Origin: Malacoraja senta
Taxonomy: Eukaryota
Length of the DNA: 64,000 nt
Assembly: GCA_038087875.1 (NCBI GenBank)
Contig: CM075996.1
Coordinates: 9,364,001-9,428,000, forward strand
Direction: 5' to 3'
Below the pieces are notes generated by a model. That model was not told where the DNA came from. It did no database searches and saw only the letters and a list, made by a program, of their open reading frames with translations. This document shows, one piece after another, positions 1 through 12,855 of the stretch. Numbering within the stretch: position 1 is the stretch's first letter; each line of letters begins with the position of its first letter. The translations under genes were made by a program, and so were the position numbers.

Positions 1-2311
1 CAATATTTGTACATTTTACAAAGCATTATCAAGAGTAATGGCACCTAGGCTGTAAAATTGTCCAAATGTGTTGGGGTAGGGAAAGCTAGAAGTCAGGGGG
101 GGATAGTGTTGACCTGAGGTTATCGCTCCCAGTTTGATTTAGTTGAAATAAGAAATGATGCTGTCAGTTAATGCCAGGTAGATGCCCAATCTGGCTCCAG
201 AGTATTTTCGTGAGTTTACCATTTGTGTTGTACAATAGCAGCCAATGGAGAAATGGAAATAGCAACTCAATAAAAAGAATCAAAATAAGATTCCAAAAGG
301 TGACAATTAACTCCACCCTCCCAGTCCCCAAACAACCCTGCCTGATGTCTGAATAAACTCAAAGATATATGGGTTATTTCAGGTATAAAGACAGAAGGTG
401 AGCTAGCACCTGTAGGGTGAAGAGATAGCATTTTATGCTGGTGATCTAGGTTATTTTTAGTTTTCTTTATTAAGTAAATAACTATGTTGTATTAATATTC
501 CATTGTGGAAGCAGAGAGGTCTCAGGTTCTATTAGATTCTAAATTGATTTCCAATTGCTTTAAATTATTGATGACCGAAAATACTGGAACTGTTACTCAA
601 TAAGCCGGCTATGGTCCCCAGCCTGTTACTCTCGCTCCATTACCCAAGAACAGGTTTGCTTGAGAGCAATCTTTCGTCAGGTACTAAGACTAACTAATAT
701 GTTGCAGAATTTGGATCAATCTGATACTTCAGACCACCATTTTTTGAGTAATTTTTCCATATTTAGTAGCAGTGGTTTGTTCCTGTTGCATTTAATGTTC
801 AAGTTAATTTGACCATTTTTTTTCCCTCTTGTATAATTGGCCAGTTTTTAGTTATGTTGCTAGCCATTCATCCTACTGAGATTTTTTTCCTCCCAAATGT
901 TTGAATGCTGGATGTTCCGTTAAAGGTAGGTGTTCATAAATGAGCTCATTTAAAATCCATTCACTTTTTTGAGGCATTATAATGAAGATATTGTGGCTGA
1001 TTTTAATTTTTTAATCATATTTTGAAAGTTCTAATAGAAGTAGGGTTAAGATTGTATGGCAAAGCTTCAGAACTACTTTCCTAGAGTCCATCATAGGTCC
1101 AAATTCACTATGGCCATTAGTAAATCGTAATAAAACAATGCAATGAAATTTGACCTGGAAAACGGAAATGTAATACTCTGGGCTATAATGTTACATTCTG
1201 TAGCCACGTTGCAAAATGATAACTTACTGTCTCGTGTGTGCATTACTCTGCTTTCAGTTAGTAGCATCATTCCTGCAAATGGCTTGAATGCTGCATTTTG
1301 ATTGCTATGAAGCTGGTTTTCATGTATGTAAATGTGTTGATACAATTGTTAGCATATCTACCAATGTACCTAATGGGTGAGGTGGGTTCATTTCCTGAAA
1401 TGCCTATTGGTGACATCAGCCGATTACCACACGGAGATAGTATAGCTTTGCAAAATTTAGTTTTGATACTGGCTGCTGCAGCATCAACCCTTTTACCTGG
1501 GCTCACCCTGTAGGCATTTTGAAGCTATGTCTTCAGGCAGCTGGGCTCGAGTCTATTCTCCCCCAACTAGATTGTCGGCACAACTGCCCGTTTTTCAAAG
1601 CAAATGGTGGGTCACACGGTGAGTTGTTTCCATCCCCCACTTCCCTTATTGCTGCTGCATCTTCCAAGCAAGCTGTGAGCACACCTTCTCATAACACCAG
1701 CATCTTTGAATTCTGGTAGTTCCACATTATTTTGCTCATTCTGGATGTTACTGTGCAATTTTGTTGCAGCCTGTGGAATTTGACATGAGTAAGATTATGC
1801 CAAGTCGTCCCATTCATAATCATTTTGTCACTTTTTGAATGACTTTATCAATTGGTAACATTATACTCAGTGGAATATAGAGCCAAGGGACTGGGGCAGT
1901 AGGTTCTGGGGGTAATAGGAACTATTCACCTTCTGTATTCTGATGAGGTCTCCACCCCACCCCCTAAATTGCAGGATTTAACGGTGCCACAAATGACGTT
2001 GATGTTATTGACAATTTGCTCCGAGTTATTGAAACCAACTTTAAAATTTCTCTCTGGGATTTGATGAGGCCCAACCTATGACTGTTGTTAAACTCTAGGA
2101 ATCCTGCAGCTGGTGAAGCATCTCAGCAATTTAGGCAAGCAATGTTTCACCTTGTGAAGTTGTACCCTGTGTCAGTCTTATTAATGTGCTATTTTGATAC
2201 TGTACTGGTTTTCCTGTATTTTGCAATTCCAGTAATAAAGAGATTTACCAAAGGAATGGCTGCTTTTTCCTGTAATTTCTCTCCCATAGTTTCCAACTAG
2301 GCAAACCCATC

Positions 2312-2332
2312 AATATATATATATATATATAT
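2312..2332. repeat. (AT)n microsatellite
   Basis: Directly visible. Confidence 0.9.
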
Positions 2333-3014
2333 CAACACACTTTGGGGTTCAAAGTAAATAGTCCATTGAACAACAAATATTAATCCACACAGAAATGGTG
2401 CGCCTAAAAAGTATCTACCCCCACCCCCTCATGATAATCCCACATTACCCTTCCCCTTAACCCATTTATTAACTTCCATGCCACCACTCCGTTCCCTTGC
2501 TTCAGTCTCTGCTACCACTGTTAGTTTGGATTTTGCAGAGGGATGGAAAATGATGGCCTAACATAACACTACTGATACTATTAGGAAATAAAAAACTTGA
2601 TGGAAACATTTCAGGCAGTTACAGTGATGGTTATATTAATGCTTTTACAAAGTAATATTACACATACAAAGTATTAAGCACTTGACAGACACGGCAGAGA
2701 GATGTCTGGGTTCTGCTCTGATACCAGATAGCTTCACTTGAACCATGTAAACGTCATGTCATAAACCTGACTCCAGCCATGGCTGTGTCCATCACAAAAT
2801 GCTGGAGTAATTCAGCGGGACAGGCAGAATCTTTGGAGAGAAGGAATGGGTGACGTTTTGGGTCGAGACCCTTCAGACTTGTGTCTACCTTTGATTTAAA
2901 CCAGCATCTACATTTCTTTCCTACACATGCTGATCATAAGAATGTGTACTGTACAATGTGGAATAAATTAGGCCATTCAAAACACAAGACAATGGTCAAT
3001 TTCATGTTAAAGAC

Positions 3015-3308
3015 TAGTTTAGAGATACAGCGCAAAAACAAGCCCTTCGGCCACTGAGTCTGCGCCGACCAACGATCCCTGCATATTAACACTACGCACA
3101 CTAGAGACAATTTTACATTTATACAAAGCCAATTAACCTACAAACCTGTACGTCTTTGGAGTGTGGGAGGAAACCGAAGATCTCAGGGAAAAGCCACGCG
3201 GTCAAGGGGAGAATGTACAAACTCCGTACAGACAGCACCCATAGTCGGGATCAAACCCGGGTCTGGCGCTGTAAGGCAGCAACTCTACCGCTGCGCCACC
3301 ATGTCGCC
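3015..3308 (-). mobile_element. HE1-like tRNA-derived V-SINE (representative copy). Other copies: ~13045-13332, 19630-19925, 21248-21540, 24938-25237, 43090-43697, 46120-46345, 52715-53226, 58903-59195, 59540-59808, 60866-61167 (-); 39018-40400, 42661-42963, 46712-47106, 54712-55068, 57730-58483 (+)
   Basis: tRNA-like A/B boxes, a central GGTTTCCTCCCACACTCCAAAGACGTACAGG block, and a 3' tail shared with the CR1 (GGGCCGAAGGGCCTGTTTCC..CTGTATCTCTAAACTAAAC). Confidence 0.85.
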
Positions 3309-3988
3309 CTGGTTGATTGGAATAAAACATTCCTCCTCTTTGCAGAGATCTTTGTTCTGTGTAAATAATCCAATTACTCCTGTAATTTTCATCCTCTTAC
3401 ATAAGGTATAATTCAGAGGTTTAAAATGCTCATTCCCCCTTTGGCTATTTTTGCTAAGTTGGCATGCGGGGGTGTGCTGTGTAACTAAGTAACTAGTAAA
3501 TATTATGCTCTCTTTAATATAAATGGCCTGTGCTTAGGCTCAAAACCCACTGCAAGAGATTTCAAGGGTCATACAGATGGAAGGAAAATTTGACCATTCT
3601 ATGTAAAGATTTGCAATTGTCAGGTAGGAAGAACTCAGATTCAAATGGCAGCAATGATAGGAAAGTAAGGGGCTTCAGTAAGAGAGACAAGTCATTTTTG
3701 TAGATTAAGCTGAAGATAGATACAAAATGCTGGAGTAACTCAGCAGGACAGGCAGCATCTCTGGAGAGAAGGAATGGGTGGTGTTTCGGGTCGAGACCCT
3801 TCAGACTAGATTAAGCTCACAGGTTGACAATTGTACTATTTACATGGTTGAAGATTAATGCCATTATGAGCACCCATACACTCTTGTTGCCATCTCTGCA
3901 CATGATATTTAAACTCCATTTCATTAAAAAGCCATTCCCCATCTTCCACTTGTACGTGTGTCACAGGCATTGGTAAATAATGCTGGTT

Positions 3989-4029
3989 TCAGACAGGTAA
4001 GGGAAGACCCAAGCTCTTTCCTTTCAGCA
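3989..4029 (-). CDS. KDELR3: KDEL receptor 3, terminal coding exon (exon 5): (V)LKGKSLGLPLPV*
   Basis: Minus strand reads ttttcag|TGCTGAAAGGAAAGAGCTTGGGTCTTCCCTTACCTGTCTGA. The phase matches the upstream exon (G+TG=Val). It resembles the KDELR3-type tail VLKGKKLSLPMPI. Confidence 0.9.
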
Positions 4030-4839
4030 CTGAAAAATATTGGAGGAAAAAAAACATCAGTAAGAAACTCGATCAGAATACCAAAGCATAGACTATACAA
4101 CCAGATGAATAAATACAGAGATATTTGCACACACCCAATGTTCACACATCATTTGGCAGTTAATCAAACTGTTTCATCCAAGCCACTGGAACAAATTACT
4201 GCAAAGTAACAATTCTTCAACTTTGCAGATAAGTTGATCATCTTTATTCTAAAGGATGGAAGTTAAAATATCCCATTAAAGTGTCAGCTGCTATAATGGA
4301 ACTTTGCCCAACTTGCAGGAGTCTTCAATCTGTTGCTGCTTCTCTCCATTGTGCGCTTTGGAACGATTTAATCTTTAATCATCACGACTCCTGCACCTCC
4401 ATCCCAACACTAATCTCACTGCCAACAAAGTCGTGGGAATGTACATGTAAAATACCAGTTTGAAGATTGAATTGGAAAGTCTGGCTAGCTCGTAGATGCC
4501 ACAGCTGCCAACAACGTTCCTTTAAGGAAAACACAGATCCTGCTCTCATTGATTAGTACTGGTGTCGGGTATGGGGAGAAGGCAGGAGAATGGGGAGAGA
4601 TAGATCAGCCATGTAGACTTGATGGGCCAAATGGTCTAATTCTTCTCCTATCACTTATGACCTTATACCTTGCTCTACATTTTTTTGCTCCCTTTTAATT
4701 TTTTTTACAAACCCACTTCTCACAATTTAAAACCCCACCTCAAGGTTATATGAACCATGTGAACATTGGAAAGGGCAGCACCAGTCACCCCTGCACTAGA
4801 TTTTACATTTATACAATTTAACTGGGGACATTCAGAGAA

Positions 4840-5200
4840 AGAGGGGATCTTATAGAAACATGTACAATTATAAAAGGACTGGACAAGCTAGATGCAGGAA
4901 AAATGGTCCCAATGTTGGGGGAGTCCAGAACCAGGGGCCACAATCTAAGAATAAAGGGGAGGCCATGTAAAACTGAGATGAGAAAAAACGTTTCACGCAG
5001 AGAGTTGTGAATTTGTGGAATTCTCCGCCACAGAAGGCAGTGGAGGCCAATTCACTGGATATATTTAAAAGTGAGTTAGATAGAGCTCCGTGACGGAGTC
5101 AAGGGGTATGGGGAGAAGGCACTAATTGTGGATGATCAGCCATGATCACAATGAATGACGGTGCTGGCTCGAGGGTCGAATGGCCTCCTGCAGCTATTTT
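4840..5200 (+). mobile_element. CR1 LINE 3' fragment
   Basis: Same ORF2 C-terminus and 3' UTR as the copy at 29580-29970. Confidence 0.85.
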
Positions 5201-5234
5201 CTTTGTTAATATCTGGAGGGGTAGATGTGCCTAC

Positions 5235-5487
5235 CTTTAGTGATGTAGAGGTAGAAAAAGTCGCAGTAGAAGATGGTTTGCACAGCACCAGACACCACTG
5301 CAATCTGATCAAAGAACCCTTCGGTCTGGTAACGCCAGATCCAGTTGGCGAGATACAGAGCGCGGTACACTCCCAGAAAGAACAGGTAGTGAGTGGTGAT
5401 CGTCTCCGCTGCACCAGTCTTGGTGATCATGAAGAGCTGTGGCAGTATAGCAACCGATTCCAGGTAAATGGAAAATGTCCAAAATAG
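5235..5487 (-). CDS. KDELR3: KDEL receptor 3 exon 4 (253 nt): [84 protein letters not shown]
   Basis: Clear ERD2 family sequence. AG acceptor at 5488-5489 and GT donor at 5233-5234. [13 protein letters not shown] and TIFYCDFF favour the KDELR3 paralogue. Confidence 0.95.
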
Positions 5488-5659
5488 CTGGAAAATAAAA
5501 GACAAGAGGGAAAATATACACTTTTGTCCTGAAAGAACCTCTCAACGGAAAGAATGTCAAGGAACGTGTGAGGGTGAAACAGCTGAAAGCAAATTCACCC
5601 ATATTACATAGAGTGAAGAGATGCCGAAAGGATTAACAAGCCAAATGAATCCAGGGAGT

Positions 5660-7345
5660 ATAAGCAAGAAGTTAGATGTAACGCTGAGGCTCTATAAGGC
5701 GCTGGTCAGGCCGCATTTGTACTGCGAGCAAATTTGGGCCCCAGATCTGAGGATGTGCTGGCTCTGGTGAGGGTCCAGAGGAGGTTTACAAGAATGATTC
5801 CAGGAATGAGTGGGTTAGCATATGATGAGCGCTTGACAGCACTGGGCCTGTACTCGCTGGAGTTTAGAAGGTTGAAGGGGGATCTCATTGAAACTTACAG
5901 AATAATGAAAGGCATAGATAGAGTGGATATGGAAAGGATGTTTCCACTGGTGGGAGAGTAGGAGCCGAATTAAAGGGCGCTCATTTAGAAACAGGTGAGG
6001 AGGAACTTCTTTAATCATTGGGTAGTTAATCTGGAACTCATTGCCACTGTGGGCTGTGGTGGCCAAGTCAGTGGATATTTATAAGGCAGAAATAGACAAA
6101 TTACTGATTAGAATGGGTGTCAAGGGTTATGGGGAGAAGGCAGGAAAATGGGATTAGGAGGCAGAGATCAGCCAAGATTGAATGGCGGAGTAGACTCGAT
6201 GGGCCGAATGGCCTAATTCTACTCCGATAACTTGTGAAGTCATGTTCATAGAACATTGGTAGGTTGCACTTGGAGAATTGCATGCAGTTCTGATTCTCCC
6301 ATCGCAGGAAGTATGGAGGCTTTGAGAAGATGCAGAAGGGAGTTTACCATGATGTATTAAAGAGGATAAACTAGAAGAGGAGGTTGTACAAAGCTGGATT
6401 GGTTTCAGTGGAATTTCAGAGGATGAGGGGAAATCTGATAGAGGAATATAAAATTATGTGAGACAAAAGTTTTACAGATAGTGAAGATGGTTGGGAACGA
6501 TTGCAGCAGGATCTGGATCGATTGGCCAGGTGGGCAGAGGAATGGTTGATGGAATTTAATACAGAGAGGTGTGAGGTATTGCATTTTGGGACGTCAAACA
6601 GTAAATGGGCCTCTGGGTAGTGTTGTAGAGTAGAGGGATCTAGGAGTACAGGTGCATGGTTGCTTGAAGGTCGAGTCGCAGGTAGATAGGGAGGTCAAAA
6701 AGGCTTTTGGCACTTTGGCCTTCATCAGTCAGAGTATTAAGCATAGAAGTTGGGAGGTCATGTTGCAGTTGTATAAGACGTTGGTGAGACCGCATTCAGA
6801 ATATTGTGTTCTGTTCTGGGCACCGTGTTATAGGAAATATATGGTCATGCTTGAAAGGGTTCAGAAAAGATTTACGAGGATGTTGCCAGGACTAGAGGGT
6901 GTGAGCTATAGGCAGAGGTTGAGTAGGCTGGATCTCTATTCCATGGAGTGCAGGAGGATGAGGGGGAATCTTATAGAGGTATACAAAATCATGAGAGGAA
7001 TAGATCGGGTAGATGCACAGAGTCTCTTGCCCAAAGTCGGGGAATTGAGGACCAGATTACATAGGTTCAAGGTGAAGGGGAAAAGATTTAATAGGCATCC
7101 GAGGGGTAACTTCTTCCAACAAAGGGTGGTGGGTGTATGGAACAAGCTGCCAGAGGAGGTAGTTGAGGCTGGGACTATCCCATCATTTAAGAAACAGTTA
7201 AGACAGGTACATGAATAGGACAGGTTTGGAGGGATATGGACCAAACTCAGGCAGGTGGGTCTAGTGTAGCTGGCAGGTGTTGGCCAGTGTGGGCATGTTG
7301 GGCAGAAGAGTCTGTTTCCACACTGTGTCACTTTATGACTCTAAT
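5660..7345 (+). mobile_element. Cluster of CR1 LINE 3' fragments (at least two subfamilies)
   Basis: ORFs 5734-5961 and 6652-7218 encode the CR1 ORF2 C-terminus (LERVQKRFTRMLPGL, RGNFFQQRVVGVWN). Confidence 0.85.
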
Positions 7346-8054
7346 TACTTAAATCTAGTTAATGAATGTGTCGTTTAATTCCACAGCTGCAGTAGTGAGT
7401 GATGAACTGCTGGTTCGGTAATAATTGTGGCCATTGTTCCCCATAGCTCCTTCCCAATGACTTTGTGCTTCAGGCCAGTAATATTTACTGCTGTGTAGGC
7501 AGGAACTGCACATGCTGGTTTACACTGAAGATAAGGTACAAAGTGCTGGAGTAACTCAGCGGGACAGGCAGCATCTCTGGAGAGAAGGAATGGGTGTCGT
7601 TTCAGGTGGAGACCCTTCTTCACATTGAGAGTCAGGGGAGAGGGAAACTAGAGATATGGAGGGGTAAGGTGTGAAAATGACAGATCAAAGCAGATGATGA
7701 TCAAAGCAAATGTAGAATGGTTCATTTGGTGCTGCCAGGTTTGCTCGAGTTAATAATAGTCTGGATCATATATTTTCTATGTCTGCATCTTGTCTACTAA
7801 CGCTGGTCCAATCCACTACTACACTATTCTGTACAAAGTCTGACCTAATCCACTTGTCATCCCTGGTGCCAGGAACTATCCCACAAACATCAAACGTAAG
7901 TTTGTTGGCAAAGTCAACTGGAAAGACTAGGGTATTCTGACTGTGAGCAAGGCTCCTGTTGTACACACAGTGCAAGGGTGACTGTGGGTTTGTAGGGAAC
8001 CTTTGTGAATGATCGCAGGAAGTCAAGCAATGATTTCCCTGTCCTCCAGCCTTT

Positions 8055-9380
8055 TAGAAACATGGAAAATAGGTGCAGGAGTAGGCCATTCGGCCCTTCA
8101 AGCCAGCACCGCCATTCAATATGGTCATGGCTGATCATCCACAATCAGTACCACGTTCCTGCTTTCTTTCCATATCCCTTGATTCCGTTAACCCCAAGAG
8201 CTAAATCTAACTCCCTCTTGAAAACATCCAGTGAATTGGCCTCCACTACCTTCTGTGGCAGAGAATTCCACAGATTCACAACTCTCTGGGTGAAAAAGTT
8301 TTACCTCATCTCAGTCCTAAACTGTGACCCCTGGTTCTAGATTCCCCCAACATCGGGAACATTTTACCTGCATCTAGCCTGCCCAATCCCTTAAGAATTT
8401 TATATGTTTCTATAAGATTCCCTCTCATCCTTCTAAATTCCAGCGATCCATTCTTATGCTAGTCTCGCCATCCCGGAATTAACCAGATGAACCTACGCTG
8501 CACTCCCTCAATAGTAGGAATGTCCTTCCTCAAACTAGGAGACCAAAAGTGGCTATTTCCTCCATTTTTTAAGTGACTTTTCGTCCAGCTAGTCGTTAGG
8601 AAACTCAAAGTTGTCACCTTCGGCCCCAATGTAACGTCAAGGCACTCACCACGGATCCCAATCCCATTTTTCCATCGTTCATCCTTTCTATTCCGTGTTG
8701 GATTTTTTAATTTTGTCCCTTCATTGCCAAGACCACTTGTCATCTAATCAACCCTACTTTATCTCAACTGCCGGATATTTGGATACTTTTTATCTTACAT
8801 TCCCCAGACCTAATAATGTTGATGTCTCCTGGCCAGTCCATCATCCTCTTGCCTTCTACAAATTCCACCTGCAGTCCACCACACTGAGCCACCCACCACC
8901 TTGCTTCAGTTTAATTTAGAGATACAGCGTGGAAACATGGCCTGCGTTTGGTCCATATCCCTCCAAACCTGTCTATTCATGTACGGTGCCCTCCTAACTG
9001 TTTCTTAAATGTTGGGATAGTCCCAGCCTCAACTACCTCCTCTGGCAGCTCGTTCCATACACCCACCACCCTTTGTGTGAAAAGGTTCCCCCTCAGATTC
9101 CTATTAAATCTTTTCCCCTTAAACCTGTCCCCTGGTCCTCGATTCACCTACTCTGGGCAAGATACTCTGTGCATCTACCCGATCTATTCCTCAAATGATC
9201 TCATACATCTCAGTATAAGAGAATAGAATCCCAGCCTACTCAACCTCTCCCTATAGCTCACACCCTTTGGCCCTGGCAACATCCTTGTAAATCTTCTCCG
9301 CATCCTTTCCAGCTTGAGAACATGGTGCCCAGAACTGAACACAGACTCTAAATGCATTAACTTCTTATACAACTGCAACT
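8055..9380 (-). mobile_element. CR1 LINE 3' fragments
   Basis: Reverse-strand CR1 tails at about 8055-8547 and 8920-9380. Confidence 0.75.
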
Positions 9381-9813
9381 TTTGTACCAGTTCAGGAGAA
9401 TGACCAGGGCATCAAATTCAGACCAAGACTGATCACTCACTCCCTGGTCTACACCCCCACACCCTCTCCCTGACCCACACCCGCTGACCAACATCCATCC
9501 TGACCAAACTCACCCCCATCCTCCCTTGGTCAACCCGCCCCACCTTCTCCCCGGCCATAAGGAATAGGAGTAGAATTAGGCCATTCGGCCCATCAAGTCT
9601 ACTCCGCCATTCAATCATGGCTGATCTATCTCTCCCTTCGAACCGCATTCTCCTGCCTTCTCCCCGACCACTTGGTTGACATCACCCCCTCCTGCCATCC
9701 CTCCCCTGGTCAATATCCTCACAACTCACCCACTGGCCAACAGGCCCAACACCACCACAGCTCCATTGGACAGGCCACCTCGATTGCTAGAGCAACATGA
9801 ACCACACCCCTAA

Positions 9814-10170
9814 AGGACGACAGATGGCGCAATGGGCTAAGTGTTCGGCTGGCAACCGGAAGGTAGCCGGTTCAAATCCCGCTTGGAGTGCATACTGTCG
9901 TTGTGTCCTTGGGCAAGACACTTCACCCACCTTTGCCTGCGTGTGAATGTGTGTGAATGTGTGTGAGTGATTGATGGTGGTCGGAGGGGCCGTAGGCGCA
10001 GATTAGCAGCCACGCTTCCGTCAGTCTGCCCCAGGGCAGCTGTGGCTACAGAAGTAGCTCACCACCACCGAGTGTGACTGAGGAGTGAATGAATAATGCG
10101 ATGTAAAGCGCCTTGAGTATTAGAAAGGCGCTATATAAATCCCATCCATTATTATCATTATTATTATTAA
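9814..10170 (+). mobile_element. tRNA-derived SINE with CORE-like block and L2-type 3' tail, ending in (ATT)n
   Basis: Box A/B-like GATGGCGCAATGG...GGTTCAAATCC, then TGTGTCCTTGGGCAAGACACTTCACCC, then GTAAAGCGCCTTGAG...AGGCGCTATATAAAT followed by ATT repeats. Confidence 0.75.
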
Positions 10171-10244
10171 AGCAGAAGCTCAATTCCAACACCCGTTGTG
10201 AACATGAATGCACGAGGAGCTTCTGGAGTGGAGTGGTATTGAGT

Positions 10245-10324
10245 CCACACTCCATGCCTCCACACTCCATGCCTCCACACTCCATGCCTCCACACTCCAT
10301 GCCTCCACACTCCAAGCCTCCACA
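10245..10324. repeat. 15-bp minisatellite (CCACACTCCATGCCT) x~5
   Basis: Directly visible. Gives the PPHSM / GGMEC repeats in the ORF track. Confidence 0.9.
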
Positions 10325-10764
10325 GGTGGAAAGGCCCGTCACCTCACACACTAATCGACCCCATCTGACCATCCGTTCATCCGAACGAACGAAACAGCTT
10401 GAGATTCCCACATTGAACTCACCGGCCACGCAAGCAGGTTGTCCTCGGCCCCAGGCCACAGAGGATGTGTTGTTATGGGATTGATTTCACTTGTATCATC
10501 CTGGGACCAGTGCTCGACTGAACCCAACAATCAAGGCTGTGCATGATAATAGACAATAGACAATAGGTGCAGGAGTAGGCCATTCGGCCCTTCGAGCCAG
10601 CACCGCCATTCAATGTGATCATGGCTGATCATCCCCAATCAGTACCCCGTTCCTGCCTTCACCCCATATCCCCTGACTCCGCTATTTTTAAGAGCCCTAT
10701 CTATGAAGGTACGTGAAAGGTACTATGAAAGAACAGCCAGCACCTGTTCCTGACATTTACACTA

Positions 10765-11527
10765 GTGTGTCGGAAGGAACTACAGATGCTGGTTTAAACC
10801 GGAGATATAGACACAAAATGCTGGAGTAACTCAGCAGGACAGGCGACGTGTCTGGAGAGAAGGAATGGGTGACGTTTCGAGTCGAGACCCTGCTTCAGGC
10901 TGATGTCAGGGGAGGGGGAGATACATGGATAAGGAAGTGTAAGGTGTGAAAATAGGACAAAGGGAATGGAGATCAATGAAAATGTGGAATTGTTAGCTGG
11001 GAGAAGACAACAACAACAAAGCAAAGAGATAAAATGTAGTCGGAGACAGTAAGACTGGTCACAGAACTGGGAAGGGGAAGGAATGGAGAGAGAGAGGGAA
11101 AGCAAGGGTTACTTGAAGTTAAGAGAAGTCAATGTTCACACCGCTGGGGTGTAAGCTGCCCAAGCCAAATACGAGGTGCTGTTCCTCCAATTTGCACTGG
11201 GCCTCACTCTGACAATGGAGGAGGCCCAGGACAGAAAGGTCAGTGTGGGAATGGGAGTGGGAGTTAAAGTGTTTAGCAACCGGAGATCAGGTAGGTTTAG
11301 GCAGACCAAGCGGAGGTGTTCAGCGAAACGATCGCCGAGCCTGCGCTTGGTCTCACCGATATATAGGAGACCACACCTGGAACAGTAGATACAGTAGATG
11401 AGGTTGGAGGAGGTGCAAGTGAACCTCTACCTCACCTGCAAAGACTGTCGGGGTCCTTGGATGGAGTCGAGAGGGGGGTGGGGGTATAGGGACAGGTGTT
11501 GCATCTCCTGCGGTTGCTGGGGAAAGT
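10765..11527 (-). mobile_element. Penelope-like element fragment (GIY-YIG C-terminus plus pseudo-LTR)
   Basis: Nucleotide similarity to the 14940-15555 copy, which encodes the GIY-YIG endonuclease. Confidence 0.8.
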
Positions 11528-11564
11528 TAGACTAGAGCGTTCAGTTTTGGTCACCATGTTATGA

Positions 11565-12808
11565 ATTCATAAGCGATAGGAGCAGAATTAGGCCATTCGG
11601 CCCATCAAGTCTACTCTGCCATTCAATCATGGCTGACCTATCTTTCCCTCTTGATCCCATTCTCCTGCCTACTCCTCATAACCCCTGACACTCGTACTAA
11701 TCAAGAATCTATCAATCACCGCCTTAAACACATCCATTAACTCCACAGGCTTCTGTGGTAAGGAATTCCACAGAGTCACCACCCTCTGACTAAAGAATGT
11801 TCTCCTCATCTCCTTCCTAAAGGAACATCCTTTAATTCTGAGGCCGTGAACTCTGGTCCTAGACTCTCCCACCAGTGGAAACATCCTCTCCACATCCACT
11901 CGATCCACGCCTCTCTATAGGAAAGATGTTGTCAAGCTGGAAAGGGTGCAGAGCAGATTCACGAGGATGTTGCCAGGGTTGGAGGGCCTGAGCTACAGGG
12001 AGAGGTTGAGCAGGCTGGGACTCTATTCCTTGGAGCGCAGGTGGATGAGGGGTGATCTTATAGAGGTGTACAAAATGATGAGAGAAATAGATTGGGTAGA
12101 CGCACAGAGTCTCTTGCCCAGAGTAGGGGAATCAAGGACCAGAGGACATAGCTTCAAGGTGAAGGGGAAACAATTTAATAGGAATCTGAGAGGTAACCTT
12201 TTCACACAATGGATGGTGGGTGTATGGAACGAGCTGCCAGAGGAGGTAGTTGAGGCTGGGACTATCACAATGTTTTAAGAATAAGGGGTAAGCCATTTAG
12301 AACGGAAACGAGGAAACACTTTTTTCTCACAGAGAGTTGTGAGTCTGTGGAATTCTCTGCCTCAGAGGGCGGTGGAGGCAGGTTCTCTGGATGCTTTCAA
12401 GAGAGAGCTAGATAGGGCTCTTAAAGATAGGGGATATGGGGAAAAGGCAGGAACGGGGTACTGATTGGGGATGATCAGCATGATCACCTTGAATGGCTGT
12501 GCTGGCTCGAAGGCCGAATGGCCTACTCCTGCACCTATTGTCTATTGTCTATTGTTTAAAAAATATTCAGACAGGTACATGGACAGGACAGGTTTGGAGG
12601 ATATGGGCTAAATGCGGGCGGGTGGGACTAGTGTAGCTGGGACATTGTTGGTCGTTGTCGGCAAGTTGGGCCGAAGGGCCTGTTTCCACATTGTATCACC
12701 CTATGAAGGGCCTGTTTCCACACTGTATCACCCTATGAAGGGCCTGTTTCCATGCTGTATCACTCTATGAAGGGCCTGTTTCCACACTGTATCACTCTGT
12801 GACTCTAC
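11565..12808. mobile_element. Nested CR1 3' fragments on both strands
   Basis: ORFs 11669-11908(-) and 11946-12278(+). A second CR1 tail (about 12277-12555) interrupts the plus copy. Confidence 0.8.
12673..12800 (+). repeat. 32-bp tandem repeat x4 of the CR1 3'-terminal segment (GAAGGGCCTGTTTCCACACTGTATCACCCTAT)
   Basis: Units start at 12673, 12705, 12737 and 12769. Confidence 0.9.
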
Positions 12809-12855
12809 AAGGGGCAAGGGCGTGGGCCGGCAGAGACGGGGAAAGCTGCTCTCAC

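Noticed and set aside
383..397. Possible 15-nt plus-strand microexon (tttcag|GTATAAAGACAGAAG|gtgagc)
   Set aside because: Splice-like motifs alone are insufficient. No recognisable host gene or partner exons in the window.
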